Below, piece by piece: positions 39,414-49,231 of a stretch of DNA of 64,000 nucleotides. A model generated the notes under the pieces. The model was given only the letters and a program-made list of their open reading frames with translations, had not been told where the DNA came from and ran no database searches. Position 1 is the first letter of the stretch. Each line of letters starts with the position of its first letter. Where the stretch lies: positions 617 through 64,616 of the forward strand of contig CAZZBW010000001.1 in assembly GCA_964653045.1 (NCBI GenBank), given 5' to 3'. Source of the stretch: an uncultured Pseudomonadales bacterium (lineage in GTDB: Bacteria > Patescibacteriota > Microgenomatia > UBA1400 > PJMF01). The translations under genes and the position numbers were made by a program.

Positions 39414-40401
39414 TTTTCTTGCTGATAAGGTGTCTGCGAATAATAATTATCATAGCGACAACTACCAGCAGTGCAATGATCACGGCGAGTACTAAAGTAA
39501 TTGGGAAGAGCCAAAAGCTGAGTTTAGCAATCACGACTTTCCCTGATTGACCGTAATTCATGGTCAAAGTGGCAAAATACTTTCCCGTTCCCCAGATTTG
39601 TTCAAACTTACCATCAAATGGCCGCTCAGCCAGAGGAAAGACATTTTTTGACTCAATATTAATGCTGGCTACCTGCCGACCAAACATATTGGTAATTTCC
39701 AAGTTGATGTTGGGTTGAATATGAATGTCTGAGAGGTTCTCAACACTGAAAGAGAAAGGCACGGGACCGTACTCAGAAAAGGCTGGCATCTTAAAGTTGC
39801 GGATATATGCCTCTTCATTAATCGGTCCGTTGACGAAAACATAGAGTAGAGTGCCGACTTTTTGACTTATGCCAGACTGAGACTCGGTGAGTTGATCTAC
39901 TTCAGCACTGTCAAGCTTTTCCGGAGTGGGTTGGTGAGTGATCATGGCATAGTGACCACCTGGCAGAGCATCTGCGGGGATCTCGATCACCACTGATAAA
40001 GCCTTGACTTCATTAGCCTGAATTGTTTGTGAGTTGGGGGCGATGGTGATCCAATCAGCCAGGCTCCAGCGTGTGGAGGTTGATTCGGTAATGGGCATGG
40101 GGGTGGAACCATCGGCGCCGATCACAAAATCTTGAGCTTGAGACACAACATTTATCTGAGTGGTCGAAGAGTTTTTCACTCTAATGCTAGTTTGCAATGT
40201 TTCTCCTGGGTTACCCTTAAGAGTTCCGTCGTCACCGAGGCGAGGAGGGATAGCAGTTAGAGTCACCTGATTTTCGTCAGTAACTTGGGCGAAAACAGAA
40301 GCTAGAAAATGAGTTTTTCCCAAAAATACCAAGCCGGCAATAAACAAGGATAAGGCAAGTATTCTGGAGAGCTGGGATTTGGTTTTGTCTGGGCAGGACA
40401 T
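39349..40401 (-). CDS. Cell-surface protein with DUF916/DUF3324-like architecture (signal peptide, beta-rich ectodomains, C-terminal TM anchor plus basic tail)
   Basis: Signal peptide (LALSLFIAGLVFLG). C-terminal TM LFPITLVLAVIIALLVVVAMIIIIRRHLISKK. Internal ...IPADALPGGHYAMIT motif paralogous to the 41974-42966 product. Confidence 0.55.
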   Translation of the reverse strand: MSCPDKTKSQLSRILALSLFIAGLVFLGKTHFLASVFAQVTDENQVTLTAIPPRLGDDGTLKGNPGETLQTSIRVKNSSTTQINVVSQAQDFVIGADGSTPMPITESTSTRWSLADWITIAPNSQTIQANEVKALSVVIEIPADALPGGHYAMITHQPTPEKLDSAEVDQLTESQSGISQKVGTLLYVFVNGPINEEAYIRNFKMPAFSEYGPVPFSFSVENLSDIHIQPNINLEITNMFGRQVASINIESKNVFPLAERPFDGKFEQIWGTGKYFATLTMNYGQSGKVVIAKLSFWLFPITLVLAVIIALLVVVAMIIIIRRHLISKKNDQSARIKELENKLQDLEKKA

Positions 40402-40424
40402 ATTTGGCTTAAAGTTAATATTTA

Positions 40425-41903
40425 CTAAAATGTCGCAGTCGCGGTGTAGGTCACATAGTTAGAGTAAGTGCCGGCTGCTTGGAGAGGGGAAATTATGGCT
40501 TTGTAGCAGACATAAAGATTATGATTGTCGGCTACGGAGGTGTGAGTCATGATTGTCTGGGGTGGTTCAGTGATGGCATTTTCATCATCGGCAAACTGGC
40601 GGAAACAAGTGCCGGCGCCGGTACAGGCGCCAACAGCATTACTGGTGTATTGAAACGCAGGAGTAGTGCCACTGGTGTTGACATCGTGAAGAGAGAAAGC
40701 AAATCCCTTGACGGCAGTTTGGCTCCACTCGGCTGGATTGGTGTGTGACATATTGCTGGTGTTACCTACGGAATCGGGGATACACTCAGTACCAGTGTTG
40801 TCGCCCAGACATAAGTTGGCATTTCTTCCTAACTGATCATTTGCGATTGCAGTTACTGCGTAGCCATTACTGGCATTGGTGGAGACAGCCAAGCCTTGGG
40901 CAGCATAGGTAAAGCCGTCGATTGCGAGATAGCCGAAGGGTACGGAAGAAGGGGTGGTGGTGACAGACGTGTTAAAGCCACAGGCAGAAGTTCCAGAGTT
41001 CAAACCAAGGATTCGGAAAGTAATCTGAGGAGCCACTTCAGCTGTGATGCGGACTGCCTCGACCACTCCGATTGCCACCGTGCTGAAATCAGCTACAGCA
41101 TCCGAACTATCTAAATGTTGAATGATTGGTCTGTAGGTATCGGCGTAACCGAGTGAGTGAGTATCTTTTTTGGGAGCTGGATTGATAACTGAGCTAATAA
41201 TAATTGCGTCATTGGTGACACCGTCGAAGTCGGTGCCGATCGCGCCATTGCCAGTATAACTACACTCGTAGGCATGATAATCGACTCCGGCAATGGTGAC
41301 ATTGGAGGCGGTAGCGGTCCCGGCGGCAAAATCATAGCCAGTCAAGTCAGCTGGGCAAGTGACAGTAGGAGCCACGGTGCCGAAGTCAAACGCCCCGCCA
41401 TCGGGAATACCGTTAGCCGCTTCAGTGTCATCGGTGACTGCAGGCAGGAGAATTCTAAACGAACCGTTGGCAATAGCGTTGGTAGTTGAAAATCTGACAG
41501 TTAATGACGCAGAGCTGGTGGCGACCAGATCATCTCCTGCGTCGGCATCACCAGTGGCGAGAACAGGATCGATATTGACGGTTGAGTCACTGACTACATC
41601 TGTAACTGAGTACAGTGTAGCGGTATTACCAGTTCCAACAGTAAGGAGCTGGTCGCCGATGACTAATTGAGCTGAAGAGGTCGATGGCCAGGAGGCAGCG
41701 GTGGTAGTGAGAATTAGTTGTGAGGTGCCGACGGTATTGCCCGCAGCCAGGGAGCCGCGGAACGAAGGCCGAGAATTAGAGAGAGTAATCGAGACATCAC
41801 CAAGATTGGCAGAGCGAGTATCGTCGAGATATCCAGCGATGATAACCCCAGAAAGACCGATTGTTGCCAAGATACCTAATCTAAGGATAAAAGCTTTGGG
41901 CAT
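40425..41903 (-). CDS. Secreted beta-rich surface protein with a C-terminal WxL-like / spore-coat-U-like domain
   Basis: Signal peptide (ILRLGILATIGLSGVIIAG). C-terminal block ...FRQFADDENAITEPPQTIMTHTS...YKAIISPLQAAGTYSNYVTYTATATF is paralogous to the C-terminus of the 42970-43746 product. It ends with an AG.Y...V.Y.A motif reminiscent of SCPU and WxL C-termini. Confidence 0.55.
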   Translation of the reverse strand: MPKAFILRLGILATIGLSGVIIAGYLDDTRSANLGDVSITLSNSRPSFRGSLAAGNTVGTSQLILTTTAASWPSTSSAQLVIGDQLLTVGTGNTATLYSVTDVVSDSTVNIDPVLATGDADAGDDLVATSSASLTVRFSTTNAIANGSFRILLPAVTDDTEAANGIPDGGAFDFGTVAPTVTCPADLTGYDFAAGTATASNVTIAGVDYHAYECSYTGNGAIGTDFDGVTNDAIIISSVINPAPKKDTHSLGYADTYRPIIQHLDSSDAVADFSTVAIGVVEAVRITAEVAPQITFRILGLNSGTSACGFNTSVTTTPSSVPFGYLAIDGFTYAAQGLAVSTNASNGYAVTAIANDQLGRNANLCLGDNTGTECIPDSVGNTSNMSHTNPAEWSQTAVKGFAFSLHDVNTSGTTPAFQYTSNAVGACTGAGTCFRQFADDENAITEPPQTIMTHTSVADNHNLYVCYKAIISPLQAAGTYSNYVTYTATATF

Positions 41904-41973
41904 ATTTTGACAACAAAAAATCTGCTAATTCGTCCATTGTAGTCAGGTCAATGGATACTTTGCAATAGGCAAT

Positions 41974-42966
41974 TTACGATTTCCTCTTCAAGAAGTACCA
42001 AACTAATTGGGTAAAACCAAAAATGAAACCAATGAAAAACACTGAGAGTGGTAGAGCAAAGAATGCCCGTTGAAATTTTTGTGTAGAAAGATCGGCGTTG
42101 ATCAATTCAATCTCGAGTTGGTATGGTCCGAGGAGAAATTTTGGGGTAAAAACAAACTCAATGGGCGTCAACCCTTCACTTGGGTTGACAGTCGATTCAT
42201 CCAAGCTTGCGCCATATAACTTCCTTGTTTCTTTACCCAAGACGACCATAGGCATCAGCTTTTGTTCATAAATGCTTTCACCCCGCCAATTAATGAGTTT
42301 AGCACTGCCAGAGGCAATCGAAGCCTGAATGCTTTGATTGGTAATTGACGGGGAAAAATTAATTGGGCGAAAACTATCAACGATTGGGCCAATACCAAAA
42401 TCAGTGATACTTAAGTTGGTGTCTTGGTCCGTCTGCGAGACCAAGACAATCAGGTTGCTGCCAATTGAGGGCAGGACAGTAGTACTATTATTAAAGTTTG
42501 GAGCGCTGGCTTTATCGGTCTGTGGTAAGACTGATTCAAAGAGAATAGTGAGGTAGTACTCTTTTTCGAGCGCGTCGCGTGGTGGGGTAATTTTGATACT
42601 CAGCTGGCTTTTCCGCCCAGGTGGGAGAGTTACGGCGGCAAAGCCCTGATCGGGCAGATCTAAATGGGGAAAGGTCAGCTCTGCTTGGGGAATAGCTTTT
42701 CCCTGATTTGGGATAAAATCTACAAATTTTGGTTTGAGTGTCAATGCAGTTTGACCGGTGTTTTCCAAAGTAACGATATGGGTGGCCGAAGTACCTGGTC
42801 TGACTCTGAGGAAGGCGACGGGTGGAGTAATGGAAAGATCGAACACGGATTGGGCGCTGCTGGGGCTGGGATGAGCCACCAGCAGCGCCAACAGTATAAG
42901 TAGTAGTAATTTCACTCGAATCACCGGTTTATTTGCCAAAATTTGGTTAAAATTGGTTTTTGTCAT
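41974..42966 (-). CDS. Cell-surface protein with DUF916/DUF3324-like architecture (paralog of 39349-40401)
   Basis: Signal peptide (LLLLILLALLVAHPSPSSA). N-terminal SVFDLSITPP...TLENTGQTALTL. ...PPRDALEKEYYLTILFE motif. C-terminal TM FALPLSVFFIGFIFGF plus KRKS. Confidence 0.55.
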   Translation of the reverse strand: MTKTNFNQILANKPVIRVKLLLLILLALLVAHPSPSSAQSVFDLSITPPVAFLRVRPGTSATHIVTLENTGQTALTLKPKFVDFIPNQGKAIPQAELTFPHLDLPDQGFAAVTLPPGRKSQLSIKITPPRDALEKEYYLTILFESVLPQTDKASAPNFNNSTTVLPSIGSNLIVLVSQTDQDTNLSITDFGIGPIVDSFRPINFSPSITNQSIQASIASGSAKLINWRGESIYEQKLMPMVVLGKETRKLYGASLDESTVNPSEGLTPIEFVFTPKFLLGPYQLEIELINADLSTQKFQRAFFALPLSVFFIGFIFGFTQLVWYFLKRKS

Positions 42967-42969
42967 TTA

Positions 42970-43746
42970 TTAATACCCTGGCACAGCCACGTACACCACA
43001 CTAGTTTGATAGCGGCCGGCCGCTTCCGATCCGGATAGGCCTGCCTTGTAAGTAACAGTACTTAGCCTGTCGAATGCGGCACTGGTAGTGCTCATGATCG
43101 CCTCCATTGGCTCGACTGGAGAAGTGGCGGCTTTGTTGGCAAACTGGCGGAAATGATTACTAGAGGTGAAGTCAGGAGCAACGTCCACTCCTTGGATATT
43201 GAAGCCAAAGCCGCCCACACCTGTGTCTTGCCAGATTGTAGCCACTGTCTCATCACAATCATTATTATCACAAGTGGTATCGGGAATAGCATAACTACCG
43301 TCGACAGTTTGGAGTGGATGAGCTTCATAAGCGTAAATAGTGTAGCCACCGGCATTGGGGGCATTGATCAACAGGGTATGAGCGGCGGTGTTATGCGCTT
43401 GGGCAGTGAGCAGTCCCAGATTAATGTTGGTATTGCTGATCACAAACTGGAACGGTTTGATTTGGTAAATATACTGGAACCCACTGCCTAGGAAATAATT
43501 GGATACTCCATACTCACCGTATGGTCCCGCAAAGCTTTGCCCCACCGTGTCAGTGACGGTATAAGTATCACCAGATTTTTCTCCCGATGTAATATTAAAA
43601 TTGCCAAACTGAATGATATAGGAATCTGACTCGAGGTTTTCAGCTAAAACTGGGGCAACTAAAAAAGAGGTTGAAATGATGAATTGCGTTAACGCCAAAA
43701 CAAAAATCCAGTGCCAATGAGCGACTTTTCTTTGATTAAACCTCAT
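42970..43746 (-). CDS. Secreted surface protein with a C-terminal WxL-like / spore-coat-U-like domain (paralog of 40425-41903)
   Basis: Signal peptide. C-terminal ...HFRQFANKAATSPVEPMEAIMSTTSA...TYKAGLSGSEAAGRYQTSVVYVAVPGY. Stop is 4 nt before the start of the downstream gene. Confidence 0.55.
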   Translation of the reverse strand: MRFNQRKVAHWHWIFVLALTQFIISTSFLVAPVLAENLESDSYIIQFGNFNITSGEKSGDTYTVTDTVGQSFAGPYGEYGVSNYFLGSGFQYIYQIKPFQFVISNTNINLGLLTAQAHNTAAHTLLINAPNAGGYTIYAYEAHPLQTVDGSYAIPDTTCDNNDCDETVATIWQDTGVGGFGFNIQGVDVAPDFTSSNHFRQFANKAATSPVEPMEAIMSTTSAAFDRLSTVTYKAGLSGSEAAGRYQTSVVYVAVPGY

Positions 43747-43769
43747 ACAATTTACCCAATTTGCTTGTG

Positions 43770-44471
43770 TCAGCTATCTTGCTCAATCTGCTGATTCAAC
43801 TGCTCGATTTCGTCATGAATTTTTGGTTCACAACGGAAGTAAGTCGTTTGCCAAGACTGAAGTTGTTGCTTGAGATTAGATTGAAAAGTTTGAAAGGCTG
43901 CCAGTTGATCTGTGGCAACTTGTAGCTGTGATTTGTACTTTTCTAACTCGGTGTGCAGCGACTCGATTTCGTTTTCTTGGGTTTTCAAAGCTTGAGTGTC
44001 TTCCCGCAGTGTTTGTTTTTTGGTGATAACCTCCTCGTGTTGCAACTTGGCAAACATAAAAAAAACCATGACGATGGGCAGAGTTGCCAGATGGACAAAT
44101 ACACCCAGGTCCAGAACGGGTGACAAACTCAAGTGAAACAGGGCGGCTCCAGCCATCACTGCTGTCGCCACTGATGGTCTGGTGCTCATTACCAAAAAGA
44201 ACAGATGAATATAAGTCAGCGGATAAAGCGGAGAGTTAAGGTTACCGGTTCTACCAATAACCAAGAGCAAGCTGAAAGTGACAAAAGCTAGTTCAAACGA
44301 GGTTTGCCCTGGCAAAAGATGCCAGGGCTTGGTTTTTTTGAGGGCAAAATAACAGATAGCAGAGAGCGCGACTGCCTGAATCGAATAGGGTACAAGGAGG
44401 GGAGTGCGCAACCACAAATAAGCTAGGGTAACTGCGGCAAGAAGTACCAGGGCGTGAAGGGTTGGGCGCAT
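43770..44471 (-). CDS. Integral membrane protein with a C-terminal coiled-coil; first gene of the surface-complex operon
   Basis: At least 5 TM helices, then a heptad-rich tail (KKQTLREDTQALKTQENEIESLHTELEKYKSQLQ...). No recognisable catalytic motif. Confidence 0.5.
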   Translation of the reverse strand: MRPTLHALVLLAAVTLAYLWLRTPLLVPYSIQAVALSAICYFALKKTKPWHLLPGQTSFELAFVTFSLLLVIGRTGNLNSPLYPLTYIHLFFLVMSTRPSVATAVMAGAALFHLSLSPVLDLGVFVHLATLPIVMVFFMFAKLQHEEVITKKQTLREDTQALKTQENEIESLHTELEKYKSQLQVATDQLAAFQTFQSNLKQQLQSWQTTYFRCEPKIHDEIEQLNQQIEQDS

Positions 44472-44563
44472 GTGATCATCATACCAGCCCGAGATATTTT
44501 TTCCAAAACGATTTTGCCATGTTATACTTACTTACTCTGGTATGAGGATATTCATGGATAAAA

Positions 44564-47128
44564 ATGAGTAAAACAAAAGATAGTTCGCCCGCCAAAGTTT
44601 ATGACCCGATTAAGTTTGAGCCGATTTGGCAAAAACAGTGGGAAAAACTTGCTTTGTTTCAAAATACTCCTGAGCATTTTGATCAATCGAAAGAAAAGTT
44701 GTTTTTATTGTTCGCGTTTGCTTATCCCTCTGGAGCAGGCTTACATGTAGGACACGTCGAGAGCAAGACAGCTCTCGACATTTTAGCTAGATACTACCGG
44801 ATGAAAGGCAAACAAGTATTTTTTCCGGTGGGATGGGATGCGTTCGGCCTGCCAGCGGAAAACTATGCTGTCAAGACAGGGGTGCATCCGGCGATTACCA
44901 CCAAGAATGCGATCAACACCTTTCGCTCACAAATCAAGCGTTTGGGAATTTCTTACGATTGGGCTAATGAGTTGGCCACCAATCACCCAGGATACTACAA
45001 ATGGACGCAATGGTTGTTCCTCGAGTTGTTTCAAAAAGGTTTGGCTTATCAGGCACTCGGTGCGGTCAATTGGTGTCCGTCGTGTCAAACGGTCTTGGCT
45101 AACGAGCAAGTAGTTGAGGGGAAATGTGAGCGGTGTGGGAGTGAGGTGGTGCAAAAAAACCTGAAACAATGGTACTTCAAAATTACGGAGTATAAGGATG
45201 AGTTGATTGATGGGTTGGCTCAGGTGGACTGGCCTCATGCCACCAAGCAGCAGCAGCTCAACTGGATTGGTAAGAAATCAGGGATAAATATTAATTATCC
45301 AATCGAGGATGAGGCTGGCAAAGTGGTGGGAAATGTTGAGTGTTTTACCACCAGACCTGACACCAATTTTGGCGCCACCTTTGTTGTGTTGGCGCCTGAG
45401 CATCCCTTAGCAATTGATTTCGCCCAAAACAACCCAGAAGCAGCTGAGTATCTGGAAAAATCCCGAAAAAAAACCGAGCTGGAAAGACAGCGGGAGGGAA
45501 GAATTAAAACCGGAATTAATACTGGCTTAGTTGTGGTTAATCGACTGAACGGTCGCAAGTTGCCAGTGTGGATCTCTGATTTTGTCCTTGGTGGTTTTGG
45601 TACGGGTGCGGTTGTGGGAGTGCCCGGACATGATAAGCGTGATTTTGAGTTTGCTCAAGCTTTTGGAATTGATGTGATTCGGGTGGTGGTGGCTCAAGAT
45701 GGTGACAGCGCGGCGATTACAAACACTAGTCAGGTGTTTGAAGATGAAGGAACAACGATTAATTCTGATTTTCTTGACGGGTTGGATACTCCCACTGCTC
45801 AACAGCAAATGATGGATTATCTAGAGGGGAAAGGGTGGGGTAAAAGAGTGACGACCTACAAATTACGTGACTGGTTGATTAGTCGGCAGCGGTATTGGGG
45901 GGCGCCGATCCCGATCGTGTACGATCCGGATGGCGCCCCCCACCCAATTGATCCTGATTCTTTACCCTGGCTTCTACCCACTGACGTTGATTTCAAGCCA
46001 ACTGGCGAGTCGCCTCTGACTTCTTCTCAAGAATTTCAGCAACGGACCGAGCAGTACGTGGCAAAGAACTTTGCTTGGTTAATCAAACAAAAAGGTTGGG
46101 ATAAGTCAGGCAAAGGTTGGCGCCCAGAGTACGATACGATGGACACCTTTGTCGATTCTAGCTGGTACTACCTGCGCTACGCCAACTCTCGAGATGAGCA
46201 TCAATTCGCCGACAGTGCTCAATTGAGTCGTTGGCTTCCGGTCGATTTTTACATGATTGGCCCAGAGCACATTGTGTTGCACTTACTTTATTCGCGATTT
46301 TTTACCAAGTTTCTCAGAGATCAGGGCTATCTCAAGTTTAGCGAGCCATTTCTCAAGATGCGACACCAGGGGATGATTCTTGGTCCCGATGGTCGGAAAA
46401 TGAGTAAGAGCAAGGGCAATGTGATTAATCCTGATGAAACTATTGAAAAGTTTGGGGCCGATACCCTGCGGGTTTACGAGATGTTCATGGGTCCGATCGA
46501 AGCAGACAAACCTTGGGATCCCCGGGCAGTGATCGGGGTGTATCGATTTCTCAATCGAGTGTTTAACCTGGTTCAGTTGGCAAGTGGAATCGATCCAGAT
46601 CTAGAGAAGCAGGGTAACCAATCAAGTGACGAAGTCAGGCGTAAGCTTCACCAAGTAGTGGCGAAGCTTGATCACGATCTTCCCAAGCTGAAATTTAACA
46701 CCGCGATTGCCAGTCTGATGGAGTTGGTCAATCTCTGGGAAAAAGTCGGCGCCACAGCTCTTGATCGTGGTGATTTACTGATTTTGATCAAGGCTCTGGC
46801 GCCGATTGCCCCTTTCCTAGCAGAGGAGTTATATCAATTATTAAACTCTGGTGATCAAACTTTTCGTACTGTTCATCTGCAATCTTGGCCAGACCATGAC
46901 CCCCAACTTGCCAAGTCAGAAATGACAATAATTCCCATCCAGATCGATGGCAAAGTCAGGGCGCAGCTTGAGCAGCCCAGTGATCAGCTGGGGCAAGAGT
47001 ATCGCGCGGTCATTCTGACGCAAGCTCAAGCGCTTCCGGCGGTCAAGCGGTGGTTGGAGCAAGGCACCTTGAAACAAAGCATGTATATTGAAGGCAAAAT
47101 CGTGAGTTTGGTGTTAGATCACAGTTAA
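44564..47128 (+). CDS. leuS: Leucine--tRNA ligase
   Basis: Class I HIGH motif (LHVGHVESKTALDILARYY). KMSKS (GRKMSKSKGN). CP1 editing-domain region. LeuS-typical length of 854 aa. Confidence 0.95.
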   Translation: MSKTKDSSPAKVYDPIKFEPIWQKQWEKLALFQNTPEHFDQSKEKLFLLFAFAYPSGAGLHVGHVESKTALDILARYYRMKGKQVFFPVGWDAFGLPAENYAVKTGVHPAITTKNAINTFRSQIKRLGISYDWANELATNHPGYYKWTQWLFLELFQKGLAYQALGAVNWCPSCQTVLANEQVVEGKCERCGSEVVQKNLKQWYFKITEYKDELIDGLAQVDWPHATKQQQLNWIGKKSGININYPIEDEAGKVVGNVECFTTRPDTNFGATFVVLAPEHPLAIDFAQNNPEAAEYLEKSRKKTELERQREGRIKTGINTGLVVVNRLNGRKLPVWISDFVLGGFGTGAVVGVPGHDKRDFEFAQAFGIDVIRVVVAQDGDSAAITNTSQVFEDEGTTINSDFLDGLDTPTAQQQMMDYLEGKGWGKRVTTYKLRDWLISRQRYWGAPIPIVYDPDGAPHPIDPDSLPWLLPTDVDFKPTGESPLTSSQEFQQRTEQYVAKNFAWLIKQKGWDKSGKGWRPEYDTMDTFVDSSWYYLRYANSRDEHQFADSAQLSRWLPVDFYMIGPEHIVLHLLYSRFFTKFLRDQGYLKFSEPFLKMRHQGMILGPDGRKMSKSKGNVINPDETIEKFGADTLRVYEMFMGPIEADKPWDPRAVIGVYRFLNRVFNLVQLASGIDPDLEKQGNQSSDEVRRKLHQVVAKLDHDLPKLKFNTAIASLMELVNLWEKVGATALDRGDLLILIKALAPIAPFLAEELYQLLNSGDQTFRTVHLQSWPDHDPQLAKSEMTIIPIQIDGKVRAQLEQPSDQLGQEYRAVILTQAQALPAVKRWLEQGTLKQSMYIEGKIVSLVLDHS

Positions 47129-47160
47129 GTAAAGGAATCGGTTTTAACATCTCAATTGAG

Positions 47161-47796
47161 ATGTTTGAAACGCAGTCCCAATCTGGATTTTCTCTGCATC
47201 AATTGAATTTTGTGATGTTGAGTGGATTATTGGGACTATTCCTTGGTTTAATTCTGGCAACAGCGGGAGTGGTGATTGCGCTTAGTGAGAGAAAAGAAGG
47301 TGCTAACGCAGAGTTTGATTCAAACCTGACTTTGCATATCACAGGTGCAGTGAGATCTCCAGGTGTTTACGTACTGAAACCAGATTCAAGGCTCCAAGAT
47401 TTAGTGGATGCAGCAGGTGGATTAAGCAAAGAGGTCGACCAAGAGTATCTAATACAGAAGCTGAATCTAGCCCAGAAAATAACCGATGGGCAAAAAATCT
47501 ATATTCCCTTGCAAACAGAAAGTAACAACGCTAATACAAATAGTAGTCAGAGTGGGGGATTGGCAATGTCAAAACCCAGCCAAAGTAACTATAGCAGTGT
47601 TGTAAGTACTAGCGCTGGCTTGATTTCGATCAATCAAGCCAGCGCCACCGAGCTCGAATCACTTACGGGCATTGGCACTAAAAGGGCAGAGGCAATTATT
47701 GTTGGTAGACCCTACCACGCGATTGAAGAATTGATCAGCAAAAAAATTGTCAGCGAAAGCATATTTAAAGAAATTAAGACGCAAATTAAATTATAA
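47161..47796 (+). CDS. comEA: Competence protein ComEA (DNA receptor; SLBB plus helix-hairpin-helix domains)
   Basis: N-terminal TM. SLBB-like SPGVYVLKPDSRLQDLVDAAGG. C-terminal tandem HhH (INQASATELESLTGIGTKRAEAII). Confidence 0.8.
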   Translation: MFETQSQSGFSLHQLNFVMLSGLLGLFLGLILATAGVVIALSERKEGANAEFDSNLTLHITGAVRSPGVYVLKPDSRLQDLVDAAGGLSKEVDQEYLIQKLNLAQKITDGQKIYIPLQTESNNANTNSSQSGGLAMSKPSQSNYSSVVSTSAGLISINQASATELESLTGIGTKRAEAIIVGRPYHAIEELISKKIVSESIFKEIKTQIKL

Positions 47797-47905
47797 AACC
47801 CGAACACTTAAATAGATCAAACTAAACAAAGTTACGAGTTTAAATTAAAGTAGTTATAAGACATATACTAAGAGTACAAAAACTATAACAACCCATAATA
47901 CTTAA

Positions 47906-49231
47906 GTGCAACTAAAGATTATTATATTGATATTATTAACGATATTAATATTAACGCGGATTATTCATATATATGAATATTATCGCAAAATTGATGATAA
48001 CCAAAACATCTCGCTATTCTTGACTATAAAAGAATACCCAAAAACTTGCTGGTTCAGTACCGAAGGTTTTTTGTTTCAACTAAAGGATTGCACGAAGTAC
48101 CCACTGGCCTCACGCTTGCAGATAATTGGCAAGCGGAGCGGAGTGATTGCTAACAGTAATACACAAACAATTTTGCTTGAAATTGAGAGCATTATCACAG
48201 TCATTTCCAAAAATAATCCAATTGTTTTTTCCACACAAAAGGCGCAAGAGTTTCTCTTCTTGCTGCGTCTCAAGATTTACTCAAGATTGGCACTGTACTT
48301 GCCAGAACCGCTCCTTGGATTGTTCTTTTCATTGATTTTCGGTGGAAGTTCGCATTTAGATCCCGAAACTAAACAAATTATCACCCAGATTGGGGTGCAA
48401 CACTTGATTGCTGCATCTGGCATGCAAGTATCACTTTTGGTCGAGTTAGCTGCCAAGACTACTGTTAATGTTCCTAAAAAACTCCGGATTCCTTTGATAT
48501 TTTTGATAATCGTCACTTACCTCCATTTGGCTGGACTATCGATTTCTGTTATCCGAGCTGGTCTAATGCACTCTCTCCGCCTCATCTCTCAACTCGTCTT
48601 CAAGCAGTACTCAATATTCTTGTCTTTAGGTGTTGTTGCCTCGTTTTTGCTACTCATTTGGCCAAAGATTTTTTTTGAAGCTGGGTTTCAATTATCGTTC
48701 TTAGCTGTACTAGGTATTGTTGTGTCATTTTCGCACAGCACGACCAAGCAGTCCCAACTGCATCAACTCGAATCTGGAGATCTCAATGATCAGCTCCAGC
48801 AAGAGTCTGTTACAAATACCTGGATTCAGACTTGTCTGGATTACATCAATGGGTGTCTACAACTAACTTTGGTCGTTAACCTCTGGATTTGGCCGGTGCT
48901 TTGGTATCACTTTGGTGAATTAAATCTTTTTGGATTCATTTCTGGCCTTGTACTAATCTGGCTGCTGATCCCAATCTTTGTTTTTGGCTGGTTATTGTTG
49001 ATCGTCATATTAATCTTGCCAGTCGGACAGTTTGAGTTTTTGATTGAGAATTTTTTCCTTCCACCAGTTTATTGGTTAATGTGGTTGTTTGAGTGGATTT
49101 TTGAATTTTTGGCCAAATTTAACGGTTGGACTATTTTGTTAGGCAAATGGAGTTGGCAGCTCTCTCTAAGTTGGTACGGACTACTGATTCTGATGTTATT
49201 AATTAAAAACAGAGTGAAGGCGCGTGGGTGA
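47906..49231 (+). CDS. comEC: ComEC/Rec2 DNA-uptake channel, membrane 'competence' domain part
   Basis: Polytopic membrane protein. Competence-domain signature LIFGGSSHLDPETKQIITQIGVQHLIAASGMQVSLL. Stop overlaps the GTG start of the next ORF (GTGA). Confidence 0.75.
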   Translation: MQLKIIILILLTILILTRIIHIYEYYRKIDDNQNISLFLTIKEYPKTCWFSTEGFLFQLKDCTKYPLASRLQIIGKRSGVIANSNTQTILLEIESIITVISKNNPIVFSTQKAQEFLFLLRLKIYSRLALYLPEPLLGLFFSLIFGGSSHLDPETKQIITQIGVQHLIAASGMQVSLLVELAAKTTVNVPKKLRIPLIFLIIVTYLHLAGLSISVIRAGLMHSLRLISQLVFKQYSIFLSLGVVASFLLLIWPKIFFEAGFQLSFLAVLGIVVSFSHSTTKQSQLHQLESGDLNDQLQQESVTNTWIQTCLDYINGCLQLTLVVNLWIWPVLWYHFGELNLFGFISGLVLIWLLIPIFVFGWLLLIVILILPVGQFEFLIENFFLPPVYWLMWLFEWIFEFLAKFNGWTILLGKWSWQLSLSWYGLLILMLLIKNRVKARG

